Of a stretch of DNA of 64,000 nucleotides, positions 35,980-49,869 are shown one piece after another (the stretch's first letter is position 1; every line of letters begins with the position of its first letter). The notes under the pieces were generated by a model. The model had not been told where the DNA came from, did not search any database, and worked only from the letters and a program-made list of their open reading frames with translations. This DNA is from Heterodontus francisci. Its lineage: Eukaryota. The translations under genes and the position numbers were made by a program. The stretch spans positions 13,453,558 to 13,517,557 of the forward strand of contig NC_090399.1 in the NCBI RefSeq assembly GCF_036365525.1. The letters run 5' to 3'.

Positions 35980-38900
35980 TTTATTCATTCATGGGATGTG
36001 GGCATGGCTGGCCAGGCCAACATTTATTGCCCATCCCTAATTGCCCTTGAGAAGGTGGTGGTGAGCTGCCTTCTTGAACTGCAGCAGTCCATGGGAGGTA
36101 AGTACACACACAGTGCTGTTAGGAAGGGAGTTCTAGGGTTTTGCCCCAGCGACAGTGAAGGAACGGTGATATAGTTCCAAGTCAGGATGGTGTGTGACTT
36201 GGAGGGGAACTTGCAGGTGGTGGTGTTCCCATGCATTTGCAGCCCTTGTCCTTCTAGTTGGTAGAGGTCATGTGTTTGGAAGGTGCTGTCTAAGGAGCCT
36301 TGGTGCATTGCTGCAGTACATCTTGTAGATGGTACACACTGCTGCCACTGTGCATCGGTGGTAGAGGAAGTGAATGTTTGTGGATGGGGTGCCAATCAAA
36401 CGGGCTGCTTTGTCCTAGATGGTGTCGAGCTTCTTAAGTGTTGTTGGAGCTGCACCCATCCAGGCAAGTGGAGAGTATTCCATTACACTCCTGATTTGTG
36501 CCTTGTAGATTGTGGACAGGGTTTGGGGAGTCAGGAGGCGAGTTACTCGCCGCAGGATTCCTAGCTTCTGACCTGCTCTTGTAGCCATGGTATTTATATG
36601 GCTACTCGAGTTCAGTTTCTGGTCAATGATAGCCCCCATAATGTTAATATTGGGAGATTCAGTGATGGTAATACCATTGAATGCCAAGGGGAGATGGTTA
36701 GATTCTCTCTTGTTTGAGATGGTCATTGTCTGGCACTTGTGTGGCGCGAATGTTAATTGCCAGTTATCAACCCAAGCCTGGATATTATCCAGGTCTTGCT
36801 GCAACTCTACATGGACTGCTTCAGTATCTGAGGAGTCACGAATGGTGCTGAACATTGTGCAGTCATCCCCAGTTCTGATCTTATGATGGAAGGAAGGTCA
36901 TTGATGAAGCAGCTGAAGATGGTTGGGCCTAGGACACTACCCTGAGGAACTCCTGCAGTGATGTCCTGGAGCTCAGATGATTGGCCTCCAACAACCACAA
37001 CCATCTTCCTTTGTGCTAGGTATGACTCCAACCAGCGGAGAATTTTCCTCCTGATTCCCATTGACTTCAATTTTGCTAGGGCTCCTTGATGCCATACTTG
37101 GTCAAATGCTGCCTTGATGTCAAGGGCTGTCACTCTCACCTCACCTCTTGAATTCAGCTCTTTTGTCCATGTTTGAACCAAGGCTGTAATGAGGTCAGGA
37201 GCTGGGTGGCCCTGGCGGAAACCAAACTGAGCATCAGTGAGCAGGTTATTGCTAAGCAAGTGCCGCTTGATGGCACTGTTGATGACACCTTCCATCGCTT
37301 TACTGATGATTGAGAGTAGGCTGATGGGGCGGTAATTGGCCGGGTTGGACTTGTCCTGCTTTTTGTGTACAGAACATACCTGTGCAATTTTCCAGATTGC
37401 AGGATAGATCCCAGTGTTGTAGCTGTACTGGAACAGCTTGGCTAGGGGTGCGGCAAGTTCTGGAGCACAGGTCTTCAGTACTATTGCTGGAATATTGTCA
37501 GGACCCATAGCCTTTGCAGTATCCAGTGCCTTCAGTCATTTCTTGATATCACGCGGAGTGAATCGAATTGGCTGAAGTCTGGCATCTGTGATGCTGGGGA
37601 TTTCAGGAGGAGGCCAAGATGGATTATCAACTTGGCACTTCTGGCTGAAGATTGTTGCAAATGCTTCCAACTTACCTTTCACACTGATGTGCTGGGCTCC
37701 CCCATCATTGAGTATGGGGATATTTGTGGAGCCACCTCCTCCAGTTAGTTGTTTAATTGCCCACCACCATTCATGGCTGGATGTGACAGGACTGCAGAGC
37801 TTACATCTGTTCCGTTGGTTATGGGATCGCTTAGCTCTGTCTATTCAGTTTGGCAAGCAGATAGTCTTGCGTTGTAGCTTCACCAGATTGACACCTCATT
37901 TTGAGGCATGCCTGGTGCTGCTCCTGGCAGGCTCTCCTGCACTCTTCATTGAACCAGGGTTGGTCTCCTGGCTTGATGGTAATGTGGGAGATATGCCGGG
38001 CCATGAGGTTACAGATTATGGTTGAGCACAATTCTGCTGCTGCTGATGGCCCATAGCGCCTCATGGATGCCCAGTTTTGCATTGCTAGGTCTGTTCAAAA
38101 TCTATCCCATTTAGCATGGTGGTAATGCCACACAACACGATGAAGGGTATCCTCAATGTGAAGGCGGGACTTTGTCTCCACAAAGACTGTGCGGTGGTCA
38201 CTCCTACCAATACTGTCATGGACAGATGCATCTGTGGCAGGCAGATTGGTGAGGACGAGGTCATGTATGTTTTTCCCTCTTGTTGGTTCCCTCACCACCT
38301 GCCGCATACCCAGTCTAGCAGCTTTGTCCTTTCGGACTCGGCCAGCGGTGGTGCTACCAAGCCACTCTCGGTGATGGAGATTGAAGTCCCCCACCCAGAG
38401 TACATTCTGCACCCTTTCCACCCTCAGAGCTTTCTCCAAGTGCTGTTCAACATGGAGGAGTACTGAGTCATCAGCTGAGGGAGGGCGGTAGGTGGTAATC
38501 AGCAGGAGGTTTTCTTGTCCATGTTTGATCTGATGCCATGAGACTTCATGGGATCCGGAGTCCATGTTGAGGACTCCCAGGACAACTCTCTCCCGACTGT
38601 ATAGCACTGTGCCGCCACCTCTGGTGGGTCTGTCCTGCTGATGGTGATGGCAGTGTCTGGGATATTGTCAGGTATGATTCCGTGAGTATGACTATGTCAG
38701 GCTGTTGCTTGACTAGTGTGTGGGACAGCTCTCCCAATATTGGCACAAGCCCCCAGATGTTAGTAAGGATGACTTTGCAGGGTCGACAGGGCTGGGTTTG
38801 CCGTTGTCGTTTCCAGTGCCAAGGCCGATGCCAGGTGGTCCGTCTGGTTTCATTCTTTTTCATTGACTTCGTAGCGGTTTGATACAATTGAGTGGATTGC

Positions 38901-39190
38901 TGCGCCATTTCAGAGGGCATGTAAGAGTTAACCACATTGCTGTGGATCTGGAGTCACATGTTGGCCAGACCAGGTAAGGACAGCAGATTTCCTTCCCTAA
39001 AGGGCATTAGTGAACCAGATGGGTTTTTACAACAATTGACAATGGCTTCATGGTCATAAATAGACCAGCTTTTAATTCCAGATTTATTAATTAAATTCAC
39101 ATTCCACCTTCTGCTGTGGTGGGATTCAAACCCATTCTCCAGAGCAATACCCGAGGTCTCTGGGTTACTAGTCCAGTGATAATACCACTA
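35980..39190 (-). mobile_element. CR1/L2-superfamily LINE, near full-length ORF2 (APE + RT), frameshifted
   Basis: APE motifs QQPDIVILTESYL, TTYRPPS, VGDFN, SDHRTV; RT motifs NYRPISLLSIISK, QFGFRQG, LDIKAAFD, GVPQGSVLGP. Confidence 0.9.
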
Positions 39191-40353
39191 CACCACCGCC
39201 AAATTTGGTAAGTGTACCCAGCAGAAAGGGGAGAGCATTGATTCATTTATCAATGACTTGTACAAACTCGCGGAGGAGTGCGAATGCAGCAGCTTATGGG
39301 AAGAGCTGATTAGAAACAGGATTGTAGTCGGGGTATTAGACAATGCCTTTCGGATCATTTGCGGTTGAGGGATGATCTCATGAAAGTGATTCAGTTGAGC
39401 AGACAAGCAGTGGTTAGAAGGTTTAACCGATTCGCTGTTTGAGGGGACAGAGAGAGTCCGATCTCAAGAGTAGCAGACTCCATTGAATTCTTTAAGAAAG
39501 CAAAAGGGGAAAATGGCAGTACAAGACAAGGAAGCTGGGAAGAGCATCTAAAGGTCGCAGCTACCGATTGTAGTAGGTGTGGCCGAGAGAAGCACAAGCG
39601 GGAAAACTGCCCAGCCAGAGAAGCGGAGTGTTTTTCATGCAAAAAGAAGGGACACTTTCAGTCAGTGTGTCACTGTAAAAAAAAAGGGCTGAATTAAATT
39701 AAAAGAAAATCCCGAGAGTGCAAAAAGCTTAATGAAATACAAGATATCCAAAGTGTGGAAATACCTTTTTTTCGGGGAAATCCAGGGAAAAAGTGAGACT
39801 TTCTGGATGGCAGAAATTCTTGTGGAAGGAAACAAGACTAATTTTAAACTGGACACATGAGCAGCAGTTTCAGCACTATCAGACACAGAACCATGATGGA
39901 AAAAGAAAACTCTCAAACCAACAGGCAAAAAATTGTATGAGCTTGGAGTCATTGAGTTGAAGGTAATGGGAGAGTTAAAGACAACATTGAGTTACTGGGG
40001 AAATGACATTTCTGAGACCTTATATGCAATTAAAAATCAAAGTTGTTCCCTCCTAAGTAGGAAGGCTTGCATAGACTTACAACTTATATAATTTTTGATT
40101 CCCTTACCTAACAAGAATCTATCTACCCCTGCCTCAAAATTATTCAATGACCCTGCCTCCACCACATTCTCCGCCTCATTCTCCTCCGAACGCGCGGCAG
40201 TGCTGGCCGCTGGGGTGAAGATCGCGGCGGGACATCAAGAGATGACGGGAGAGTCATTAATTCAGGTATTTTAATTTATTTAGATTGCGGTCCCGCCGCT
40301 GACAATATCGGGCCGGGCCCTGCCGTTGTCAAGGTCCGTGGCGGGCCTCATTT

Positions 40354-40693
40354 GGGCGGCACAGTGGCGCAGTGGTTAGCACCGCAGCCTGACAGCTCCA
40401 GCAACCCGGGTTCAATTCTGGGTACTGCCTGTGTGGAGTTTGCAAGTTCTCCCTGTGTCTGCGTGGGTTTCCTCCGGGTGCTCCGGTTTCCTCCCACAAG
40501 CCAAAAGACTTGCTGGTTGATAGGTTAATTGGCCATTATAAATTGCCCCTAGTATAGGTAGGTGGTAGGGAAATATAGGGACAGGTGGGGATGTGGTAGG
40601 AATATGGAATTAGCGTAGAATTAGTATCAATGGGTGGTTGATGTTCGGCACAGACTCGGTGGGCCGAAGGGCCTGTTTCAGTGCTGTATCTCT
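40354..40693 (+). mobile_element. tRNA-derived V-SINE (HE1-like elasmobranch SINE)
   Basis: A-box TGGCGCAGTGG, B-box GGTTCAATTC, V-domain GTGTGGAGTTTGCAAGTTCTCCCTGTGTCTGCGTGGGTTTCCTCCGGGTGCTCCGGTTTCCTCCCAC, and a CR1-like 3' tail. Confidence 0.85.
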
Positions 40694-42769
40694 GTAACTG
40701 TAACTGGGGTCATGTTCACCACCCCACCACCTCCCCCCCCCCCCCCCCCCCGCCTCCTCCGGCCATGGATCCCGACTTCGAGGGCTTCTTAAAATTTAGC
40801 CCATGGAGTGGAGGAGCTCGAATGTAAGGAAGTCCAGCCTTGAAATTTTAGAGCCGACTTTTCAAAATTATTTAGAGGGTTGGGGAAATTAAAAATGGCT
40901 ATTGTGTTATTCTAAGGAAGGAAATACAGCCAGTGTGTTTGTCCACACCTAGGAAAGTCCCACATCCACTTCTGTATAAAGTAAAAGGCTGCGTTTGCTG
41001 ACAACACAACCACTAGGTGGTGCAGTACTTGCACATTCGCAAATGCAGGCTCTTCAACTGGAACGTCGGTGTCTGCGACATTCAGCTGGCTGCCAGGATT
41101 AAAGATGGCGCTGCTCAATTTATCACAGGAAATGCTTATGTTTAGATTGTTCGAACAAACTAACCTTACACTAAGTTGGATGGAAGCCCAGTAATATGCT
41201 ATGTAGTGCTTGGATACTAACTGGAGGGAAAGGATGCGGCCCAGAGCTAGTGGCTGGTGGGGAGGGGTGGGGGCGGAGAGCGGGGTGGTGAGGAGCGGTG
41301 AACAATCAGCCAGGGGAGTGGGGGTGGGGTGGGGTGGGGGGAGCAGCGAGGAGTGAGATCTGGAGCGAGCGGCTGAGGGGAGGAAGCATCGAGGCCTGGA
41401 GCGAGTTGTAGAGGGGGGAGAGTGGCCAGTGGTTCCAGAGCGAGTGACGGGGATCGAGCTCCAGCCTCAAAGTCTCCCATTCAGCCATTCCTTCAGCCGA
41501 GTGGGGCCGGGGGGGGCGGCTGGATACCCACTGATGCTTATTGCGCATGTGCAAAGATGGACCAGGCGTGGATACGCGATGACGTCATCCCGTGCATGCA
41601 CCACTTAGTCCTGGCAAGCTGTAGCTGCGCATGTGCGCAGCTTGGCGCACTCTGATGACATCAGCGGGCGTTGTCAGGAGTCACTTTGAAAGTTAAAAAG
41701 GAAGTTGCATTAATGACAGAACAAGGAGTCCTTTCACCTGTAACAAAACCCACAGGATGGTGCTCAGGTAATATACCAGTGAAAAAAATCTAACAGTTCA
41801 ATTCAAATTTGTGTGGACCTCACATAATTGAAAAAGGCAGTAGAAAGAGAAATGCATCCAATGTCATCAGTAGATGAGAGTTTGGCAACGCTAGGGACGA
41901 GCTCAGTTTTTACCAAATTGGACGCAAACAGCAGATTTTTGCTATTACCCTTAGATGAGGAACCGAAGCTTCTAACAACATTTATAACACCATTTGGAAG
42001 ATTCTATTTTAACATTACCATTTGGAATAACATCAGTGCCTGAGATCTTTCAAAGGACAATGTCGAGGATTCTCGAAGGATTGGACGGAATTGTTTGCCA
42101 TGTGGATGATGTCCTAATCCATGGGGCCAATCAAAAGGAACACAATACGAGAGTGAGAGCTGTACTGTGAAGATTGGAAGAAGAGGGTCTCACATTGAAT
42201 GAAAGATGTGTTCTTTTGCAGCCAATGGTAAAGTTTCTTGGACATATAATAGTTGGACCAGGTATTAGAGCAGATCCACAAAAGACAAAAGTGATAAGGA
42301 AATTCCCAGAGTCTCAGGATAAGTGGTTGATCATTTAGGACTGAGATGAGAAGAAATTTCTTCATTTAAAAGCTTGTGAATCTTTAGAATTCTCTCCCCC
42401 AGAGGGTAGTGAATGCTCCATTGTTGAATATATTTAAGGCTGCGATAGACAAAGTTTTGGTTAGGGAATCGAGGGATGTGGAGAGCAGGCAGGAAAGTGG
42501 CGTTGAGGCAGAAAATCAGCCATGATCGTATTGAATGGCAGTGCAGACTCGAAAAAAAATTTTCTCAGAGGGTTGAGAGTCTTTGGAACTCTCTTCCTCA
42601 AAAGGCAGTGGAAGCAGAGTCTTTGAATATTTTTAAGGCAGAGCTAGATAGATTCTTGATAAGCAAGGGGGTGAAAGGTTATTGGGGGTAGGCGGGAATG
42701 TGAAGTTGAGGTTACAATCAGATCAGCCATGATCTTATTAAATAGCGGAGCAGCCTTTGGTTCTTTCAC

Positions 42770-44860
42770 CCGATCACCTTAAATCTCGACCCTTCTGCCA
42801 ATGGGAACAGTTTCTCCCTATCGACTCTGTCGAGGAGCCGCATGATTTTGAACACCTCGATCAAACCTCCTCTCAACCTTTTCTAAGGGGAACAGCCCCA
42901 GTTTCTCCAATTTATCCATGTAGCTGAAGTCCCTCATCCCTGGAACCATTTTCGTAAGTCTTTTCTGCATCTTTTTGAAAGCCTTCAGGCCCTTTCTGAA
43001 GTGTGGTGCCCAAAACGGGACACAATATGCCAGTTGAGGCTGAACAAGTGTTTCATAAAGGTGCACCATAACTTCCTTGCTTTTGTACTCTGTGCCTTTA
43101 GTTATAAAGCCCTTGATCCCATATACCTTATTAACTACTTTCTCAACCTGCCCTGCCACCTTCAGTGATTTGTGCACATATATTCCCAGGTTCCTCTGCT
43201 CCTGCACCTCCTTTAGAATTGTATTCTTCATTTTATATTTTCTCTCCTCATTCCAAAATCTACCAATTCACACATCTCTGTGTTAAATTTCATCTGCTAC
43301 GTGTCCACCTATACCACCAACCTGTCTGCACCCTCTTGCAGTCTCTCACTATCCTTCTCACAGTTCACAATACTTCCAAGTTTTGTGTCATCCACCCTGC
43401 ACACCCACGTCTAGGTCATTAATATAGATCAAGAAATGCAGAGGTCCTATTACTAACCCCTGGGAAACCCCACTAGATACCTTCCTCCAGTCCAAAAAAA
43501 AAATCAACTGCTCACACAATGTTGTTTCCTGTCTCTCAGCTAACTACATATCCTTGTTTCCACTGTCCTTTTTATTCCATGGGCTTTGACTTTGCTGACA
43601 AGCCTGTTATGTAACACTTTATCAAGCACCATATACACCACATCAACTACAATACCCTCATCAACCCTCTCTGTTCCCTCAAAGAACTCAATGAAGTTAG
43701 TTAAACACAATTTACCCTTAACAAACTAACTTCCCTTAATTAATCCACATTCGTCCAAATGACTGTTAATTTTTTCCCCAGATTATCATTTTTAAAAGCT
43801 TTCCCACCACTGAGGTTAAACTGGCTGGCCTGTAGTTGCTGGGCTTATCACTACATTCTTTTTTGAACAAGTGTGTAACATTTACAATCCTCCAGTCTTC
43901 TGACACCACCCCCCATATCCAAGGAGGATTGGAAGATCATGGCCAGTGTCTCGGTAATTTCCACCCTTACTTCCCTCAGTATCCTCGGATACATCTGACC
44001 TAGTCCTGGTGACTAATCAACTTTTAACTACAACCAGGCTTTCTAATACATCCTCTTTATCCATTTTTAGCCAATCCAGGGTCGCTATGACTTGGGCAGC
44101 ATCATGTTCTTTGGTAAAGACAGATGCAAATTACTCCTTTAATACATTAGCCATGACCCCTGCCTCAATATGTAAATCCCCTTTTGGTCGCTAATCAGCC
44201 CACTTCTTTTACCACCTTTTTACTATGTATATATCTATAGAACACTTTTGCATTCCCTTTTATGTTAACTACCTGTCTCTTCTCATACTCTCTCTTTGCT
44301 TCTCAGTTCTTTTTTCACTTCCCCTCTGAACTTTCTATATTCAGCCTGGTTCACCTTTGTATTATCAACTTGACATGCGCACCCTTTTACTGCTTCATCT
44401 TAATGGCTATCTCTTTCACCATTCATGGAGCTTAGGCTTTGTTTGTCCTACTTTTACCTCTCGTGGGATTGTACCTCAACTGAACTTGAACTATGACCTC
44501 AGCAGCCCATTGCTCCCCTACAGTTTTGTCAATCTTTGCTTCTAATTTACCTGGGCCAGACCTGTTTTCACCCCTTTAAAATCAGCCCCCATCCGATTCA
44601 TTATTTTTATTCTGGATTACTCCTTGTCCTTTTTCATAGCAAACCTAAACCTTATGCTACTATGATCACTGTCCCCTAAATTTTCCCCTACTGACACTTG
44701 ATCCATATGACCCAACTCATTCCCCAGAACCAGATCCATAAATGCTTCCTTCCTCATTGGACCAGAAACATACAGATGTAGAAAATTCTCCTGAACATAC
44801 TGCATAAACTCTTGCCCCTCTCTGTCCTTTCCACTATCATTATCCCAGTCTATATTAGGA
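42770..44860 (-). mobile_element. Old CR1 LINE, degraded ORF2
   Basis: RNLGIYVHKSLKVAGQVEKVV...LVQPQLAYCVPFWAPH; YVSGPMRKEAFMDLVLGNE. Confidence 0.8.
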
Positions 44861-45433
44861 TCATTAAAAATCAGTTAATCAATACCTCCATTTATGAAGT
44901 CCAAGATCCCATATGTTTTACTAACCATTCTCTCAATATGTCTTGCCAACTACAAAGATCTAAGCACATGCACCCCCAGGTCTCTCTGTTCCTGCACTTG
45001 CTTTAGAACTGTGCCATTAAGTCTATATTACCTCTCCCTATCCCTCCTGCAAAAATGCATCACCTCACAATTCTCTGTATTAAATTTCATCTGCCACTTG
45101 TCTGGTGATTCTGCTAGTCTATCTATTGATTGATATCATCTTCATTGTTTGCCACACCTCCAAATTTGGAATCATCCACAAATTTTGAAGTTGTACTCTG
45201 TATTCCAATATCCAAGTCATTTATGTACATCAAAAAAAGCAATGGTCCCACTACTGACCCTCGAGGAACACCACGGTCAACCATCTCCAATCTGAAAAAC
45301 AACCATTGATGACGACATGCTGCTTTCTGTCCTTAAGCCCTCCTATTCCATGAGCCTCAATTTTGTTAACCAGCCTTTTGGTACTTTGTCAAATGCTTTC
45401 TTAAAATCCATATAGAAAACTTGCATTACATTC

Positions 45434-48026
45434 AAAGAACAAAGAAAATTAAAGCACAGGAACAGGCCCTTCGGCCCTCCAAGCCTGCGCCGATCCAGAT
45501 CCTCTATCTAAACATGTCGCCTATTTTCTAAGGGTCTGTATCTCTTTGCTTCCTGCCCATTCATGTATCTGTCTAGATACATCTTAAAAGACGCTATCGT
45601 GCCCGCGTCTACCACCTCCGCTGGCAACGCGTTCCAGGCACCTACCACCCTCTGCGTAAAGAACTTTCCACGCATATCCTCCCTAAACTTTTCCCCTTTC
45701 ACTTTGAACTCGTGTCCCCTAGTAATTGAATCCCCCACTCTGGGAAAAAGCTTCTTGCTATCCAACCTGTCTATACCTCTCATGATTTTGTACACCTCAA
45801 TCAGGTCCCCCCTCAACCTCCGCCTTTCTAATGAAAATAATCCTAATCTACTCAACCTCTCTTCATAGCTAGCGCCCTCCATACCAGGCAACATCCTGGT
45901 GAACCTCTTCTGCACCCTCTCCAAAGCATCCACATCCTTTTGGTAATGTGGCGACCAGAACTGCACGCAGTATTCCAAATGTGGCCGAACCAAAGTCTTA
46001 TACAACTGTAACATGACCTGCCAACTCTTGTACTCAATACCCTGTCCGATGAAGGAAAGCATGCCGTATGCCTTCTTGACCACTCTATTGACCTGCGTTG
46101 CCACCTTCAGGGAACAATGGACCTGAACACCCAAATCTCTCTGTACATCAATTTTCCCCAGGCCTTTTCCATTTACTGTATAGTTCACTCTTGAATTGGA
46201 TCTTCCAAAATGCATCACCTCGCATTTGCCCTGATTGAACTCCATCTGCCATTTCTCTGCCCAACTCTCCAATCTATCTATATTCTGCTGTATTCTCTGA
46301 CAGTCCCCTTCACTATCTGCTACTCCACCAATCTTAGTGTCGTCTGCAAACTTGCTAATCAGGCCACCTATACTTTCCTCCAAATCATTAATGTATATCA
46401 CAAACAACAGTGGTCCCAGCACGGATCCCTGTGGAACACCACTGGTCACACGTCTCCATTTTGAGAAACTCCCTTCCACTACTACTCTCTGTCTCCTGTT
46501 GCCCAGACAGTTCTTTATCCATCTAGCTAGTACACCTTGGACCCCATGCGCCTTCACTTTCTCCATCAGCCTACCATGGGGAACCTTATCAAACGCCTTA
46601 CTGAAGTCCATGTATATGACATCTACAGCCCTTCCCTCATCAATCAACTTTGTCACTTCCTCAAAGAATTCTATTAAGTTGGTAAGACATGACCTTCCCT
46701 GCACAAAACCATGTTGCCTATCACTGATGAGCCCATTTTCTTCCAAATGGGAATAGATCCTATCCCTCAGTATCTTCTCCAGCAGCTGACGTCAGGCTCA
46801 CCGGTCTATAATTACCTGGATTATCCCTGCTACCCTTCTGAAACAAGGGGACAACATTCGCAATTCTCCAGTCCTCCGGGACCTCACCCGTGTTTAAGGA
46901 TGTTGCAAAGATATCTGTTAAGGCCCCAACTATTTCCTCTCTCACTTCCCACAGTAACTTGGGATAGATCCCATCCGGACCTGGGGACTTGTCCACCTTA
47001 ATGCCTTTTAGAATACCCAGCACTTCCTCCCTCCTTATGCCGACTTGACCTCGAGTAATCAAACATCTGTCCCTAACCTCAACATCCGTCATGTCCCTCT
47101 CCTCGGTGAATACCGATGCAAAGTACTCATTTAGAATCTCACCGATTTTCTCTGACTCCACGCATAACTTTCCTCCTTTGTCCTTGAGTGGGCCAATCCT
47201 TTCTCTGGTTACCCTCTTGCTCCTTATATATGAATAAAAGGCTTTGGGATTTTCCTTTACCCTGTTTGCTAAAGATATTTCATGGCCCCTTTTAGCGCTC
47301 TTAATTCCTGATTTCAGATTGCGCCTACAATCCCGATATTCTTTCAAAGCTTCGTCTTTCTTCAGCCGCCTAGACCTTATGTATGCTTCCTTTTTCCTCT
47401 TAGCTAGTCTCACAATTTCACCTGTCATCCATGGTTCCCTAATCTTGCCATTTCTATCCTTCATTTTCACAGGAACATGTCTCTCCTGCACACTAATCAA
47501 CCTCTCTTTAAAAGCCTCCCACATATCACATGTGGATTTACCTTCAAACAGCTGCTCCCAATCTACATTCCCCAGCTCCTGCCGAATTTTGGTATAGTTG
47601 GCCTTCCCCCAATTTAGCACTCTTCCTTTAGGACCACTCTCGTCTTTGTCCATGAGTATTCTAAAACTTATGGAATTGTGATCACTATTCCCAAAGTAGA
47701 CCCCTACTGAAACTTCAATCACCTGGCCGGGCTCATTCCCCAACACCAGGTCCAGTATGGCCCCTTCCCGAGTTGGACTATTTACATACTGCTCTAGAAA
47801 ACCCTCCTGGATGCTCCTTACAAATTCTGCTCCATCTAGACCTCTAACACTAAGTGAATCCCAGTCAATGTTGGGAAAATTAAAATCTCCTATCACCACC
47901 ACCCTGTTGCTCCTACATCTTTCCATAATTTGTTTCCATATTTGTACCTCTATCTCACGCTCGCTGTTGGGAGGCCTGTAGTACAGCCCCAACATTGTTA
48001 CCGCACCCTTCCTATTTCTGAGTTCC
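45434..48026 (-). mobile_element. Young CR1 LINE (ORF2 split into 411-aa and 412-aa ORFs by one small deletion), nested in an older CR1 (44870-45430 / 48030-48480)
   Basis: APE YYRPPNS, GDFNFPNIDW, SDHN; RT QHGFVQGRSCLTNL, YMDFSKAFDKVPH, SGVPQGSVLGP, KFADDTK. Confidence 0.95.
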
Positions 48027-49869
48027 TTTCATCAACCTTCTCAGTTACTTCATCAAAAATTCAGTTACATTAGTCAAGCACGATCTGCCTTTTATAAATT
48101 TGTGCTGGATCTCCTTAATTAACTCAAACCTCTCCAAACCTCCCCAAGTGCCTGTTGATTTTTTCTCCTGATTATTTTTGTAGAACCTTACCTACCACTA
48201 TTGTTAAACTGACCGGCCTGTAGTTACCAGGGAGGTCCTTCCACTCTTTCTTGAATAAGGGTGTCACATTTGCCACTCTCTAATCCTCTGGCACCTCCCC
48301 TATTTCTAGGGAAGTTTGGAAGCCCTTCCATTATCTCCACACCCCAATTCCTTTAACAAACTGGGATGCAGGCCATCTGGACCAGGCAGCTTATCCACTC
48401 TAAGCATAGGCAGCCTTTCTAGAATATCCTGCCTGTCATCAATTACCTCTACCATCTCCGCTTCTGCCAATATTTTGTCAGCATCCTTTATTTTCCATTC
48501 AGTCATGACTGTGAGTGTCGCTGGCAAGGTTATAATTGTCAAATGACTTTCAACACAAATTAATGTGAGATATTGCATTTTGGTGAGAAAAATAAGGAAT
48601 TTGCGTATTACTTAAAATAAGAATCTAAATGGAGTAAAGGAGGAAAGGTAGCACGAACACACAAATCACTAAAAGTAGCAATACAGGCAAACAAGGCCAT
48701 AAAAAAGCAAACCAAGCACTGGGGTTTATTTCTAGAAAGGTATCATTGAAAATTAAAGAAACTAAACTTTGTTAGACCACACATGAAGTATTACATGCAA
48801 TTCTGGATGCCACAATATAAAAAAATACATCGAGGCACTGGAGAGGGTACAACAAGGATTTACAAGAATGTTTACTCTCCATTGAAGTCAATGAGTAATA
48901 CAAGGCAGGAGTGTAAAACTGGCATTGCACCCGATCTCATGAGATTCCCTCCTGATGAGTAAGGTTAAAATTGCCCTCAGTGTTTCTACTCGATGTTCTC
49001 AAACTAGATGCTCCCGCTGTGTCATACTTGCTGGGATTCTCATATTCTTAATCTGTTCACTTGGAATGAGAAAGTTATTTGCTTCAAATATTTCCCTTTC
49101 AGCTCTCTGTCCATGTTATGCTTTCCACTTACCTATAATTAACTTTCTTTCTGTTAATTATGTTCATTATGTTCAGCCTGACTGAACTGGGTGAGATAAT
49201 ACACCCTGTGAGGTTGAAAAGCATTGAAGAGAAAGCAAGACGAATTAGGTTCAGTGTTTAAAATCTGGAGACAGTAAGGGGAAAGGGAGACGGTAAGAGA
49301 AAAGGGAGACTGGAGAGTGAGGAATTCCAGTTTTATTGTTCTGGGAAAAGATGGGTTAAAGTAAGGAGAGATGCATGAAATCTTGATTTCAACACAGGCT
49401 GGGCAAGGAAGAGAAATGGTGTTTATGATGGTGTATTTAGGAAATTGTGGCAACGAGAGGAAAATCAGAAGAACAATTGACACAATAGTTCGAACATTAA
49501 AGGCTAAAACATAATGAGGGAGGCTGGAGGTGTAGAAAGGAATGATTAAGTGGACAACCGTCATTCTTGTTGCACTCTGTTGGGGAGGGTTGAAAACAAT
49601 CCCAGATATTGGGATAATCGTGGGTGGAATTAGACCTGAGAATCAGAAAGGTTTTAATGGAATATTTGGTACAAGAGCAGAAACTGGGTATCATGGAGAT
49701 GACCCTAGCTATGGAAGAGATGAGAATCACTAGAATGATCAGGAGCAGAGTTTCAGAGCTGCGTAATGAAGAGAACGACAAGCAGTCAAACAGCCGTGGG
49801 AAATGTCAAATTGCCAAGCATGAATTATCCCAGGATTTTTCAGGCGGTGGACAATTTGAGAATCAAGAG

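Larger units (their letters stand above)
35443..42310 (+). mobile_element. Second Gypsy LTR retrotransposon, fragmented by nested insertions (LTR ~35443-35668, PBS, gag 35690-35970 and 39200-39700, protease ~39800-40090, RT 41690-42310)
   Basis: TG-starting LTR followed by the PBS-like TGGTGGCAGC; gag WLKWDQRFARY...EKVNMLLYAIGECAD; zinc knuckles CSRCGREKHKRENC and CFSCKKKGHFQSVC; RT VFTKLDANSRF...LTTFITPFGRF. Confidence 0.8.

Noticed and set aside
40354-40430. tRNA gene
   Set aside because: The A and B boxes belong to the SINE head; no complete cloverleaf.
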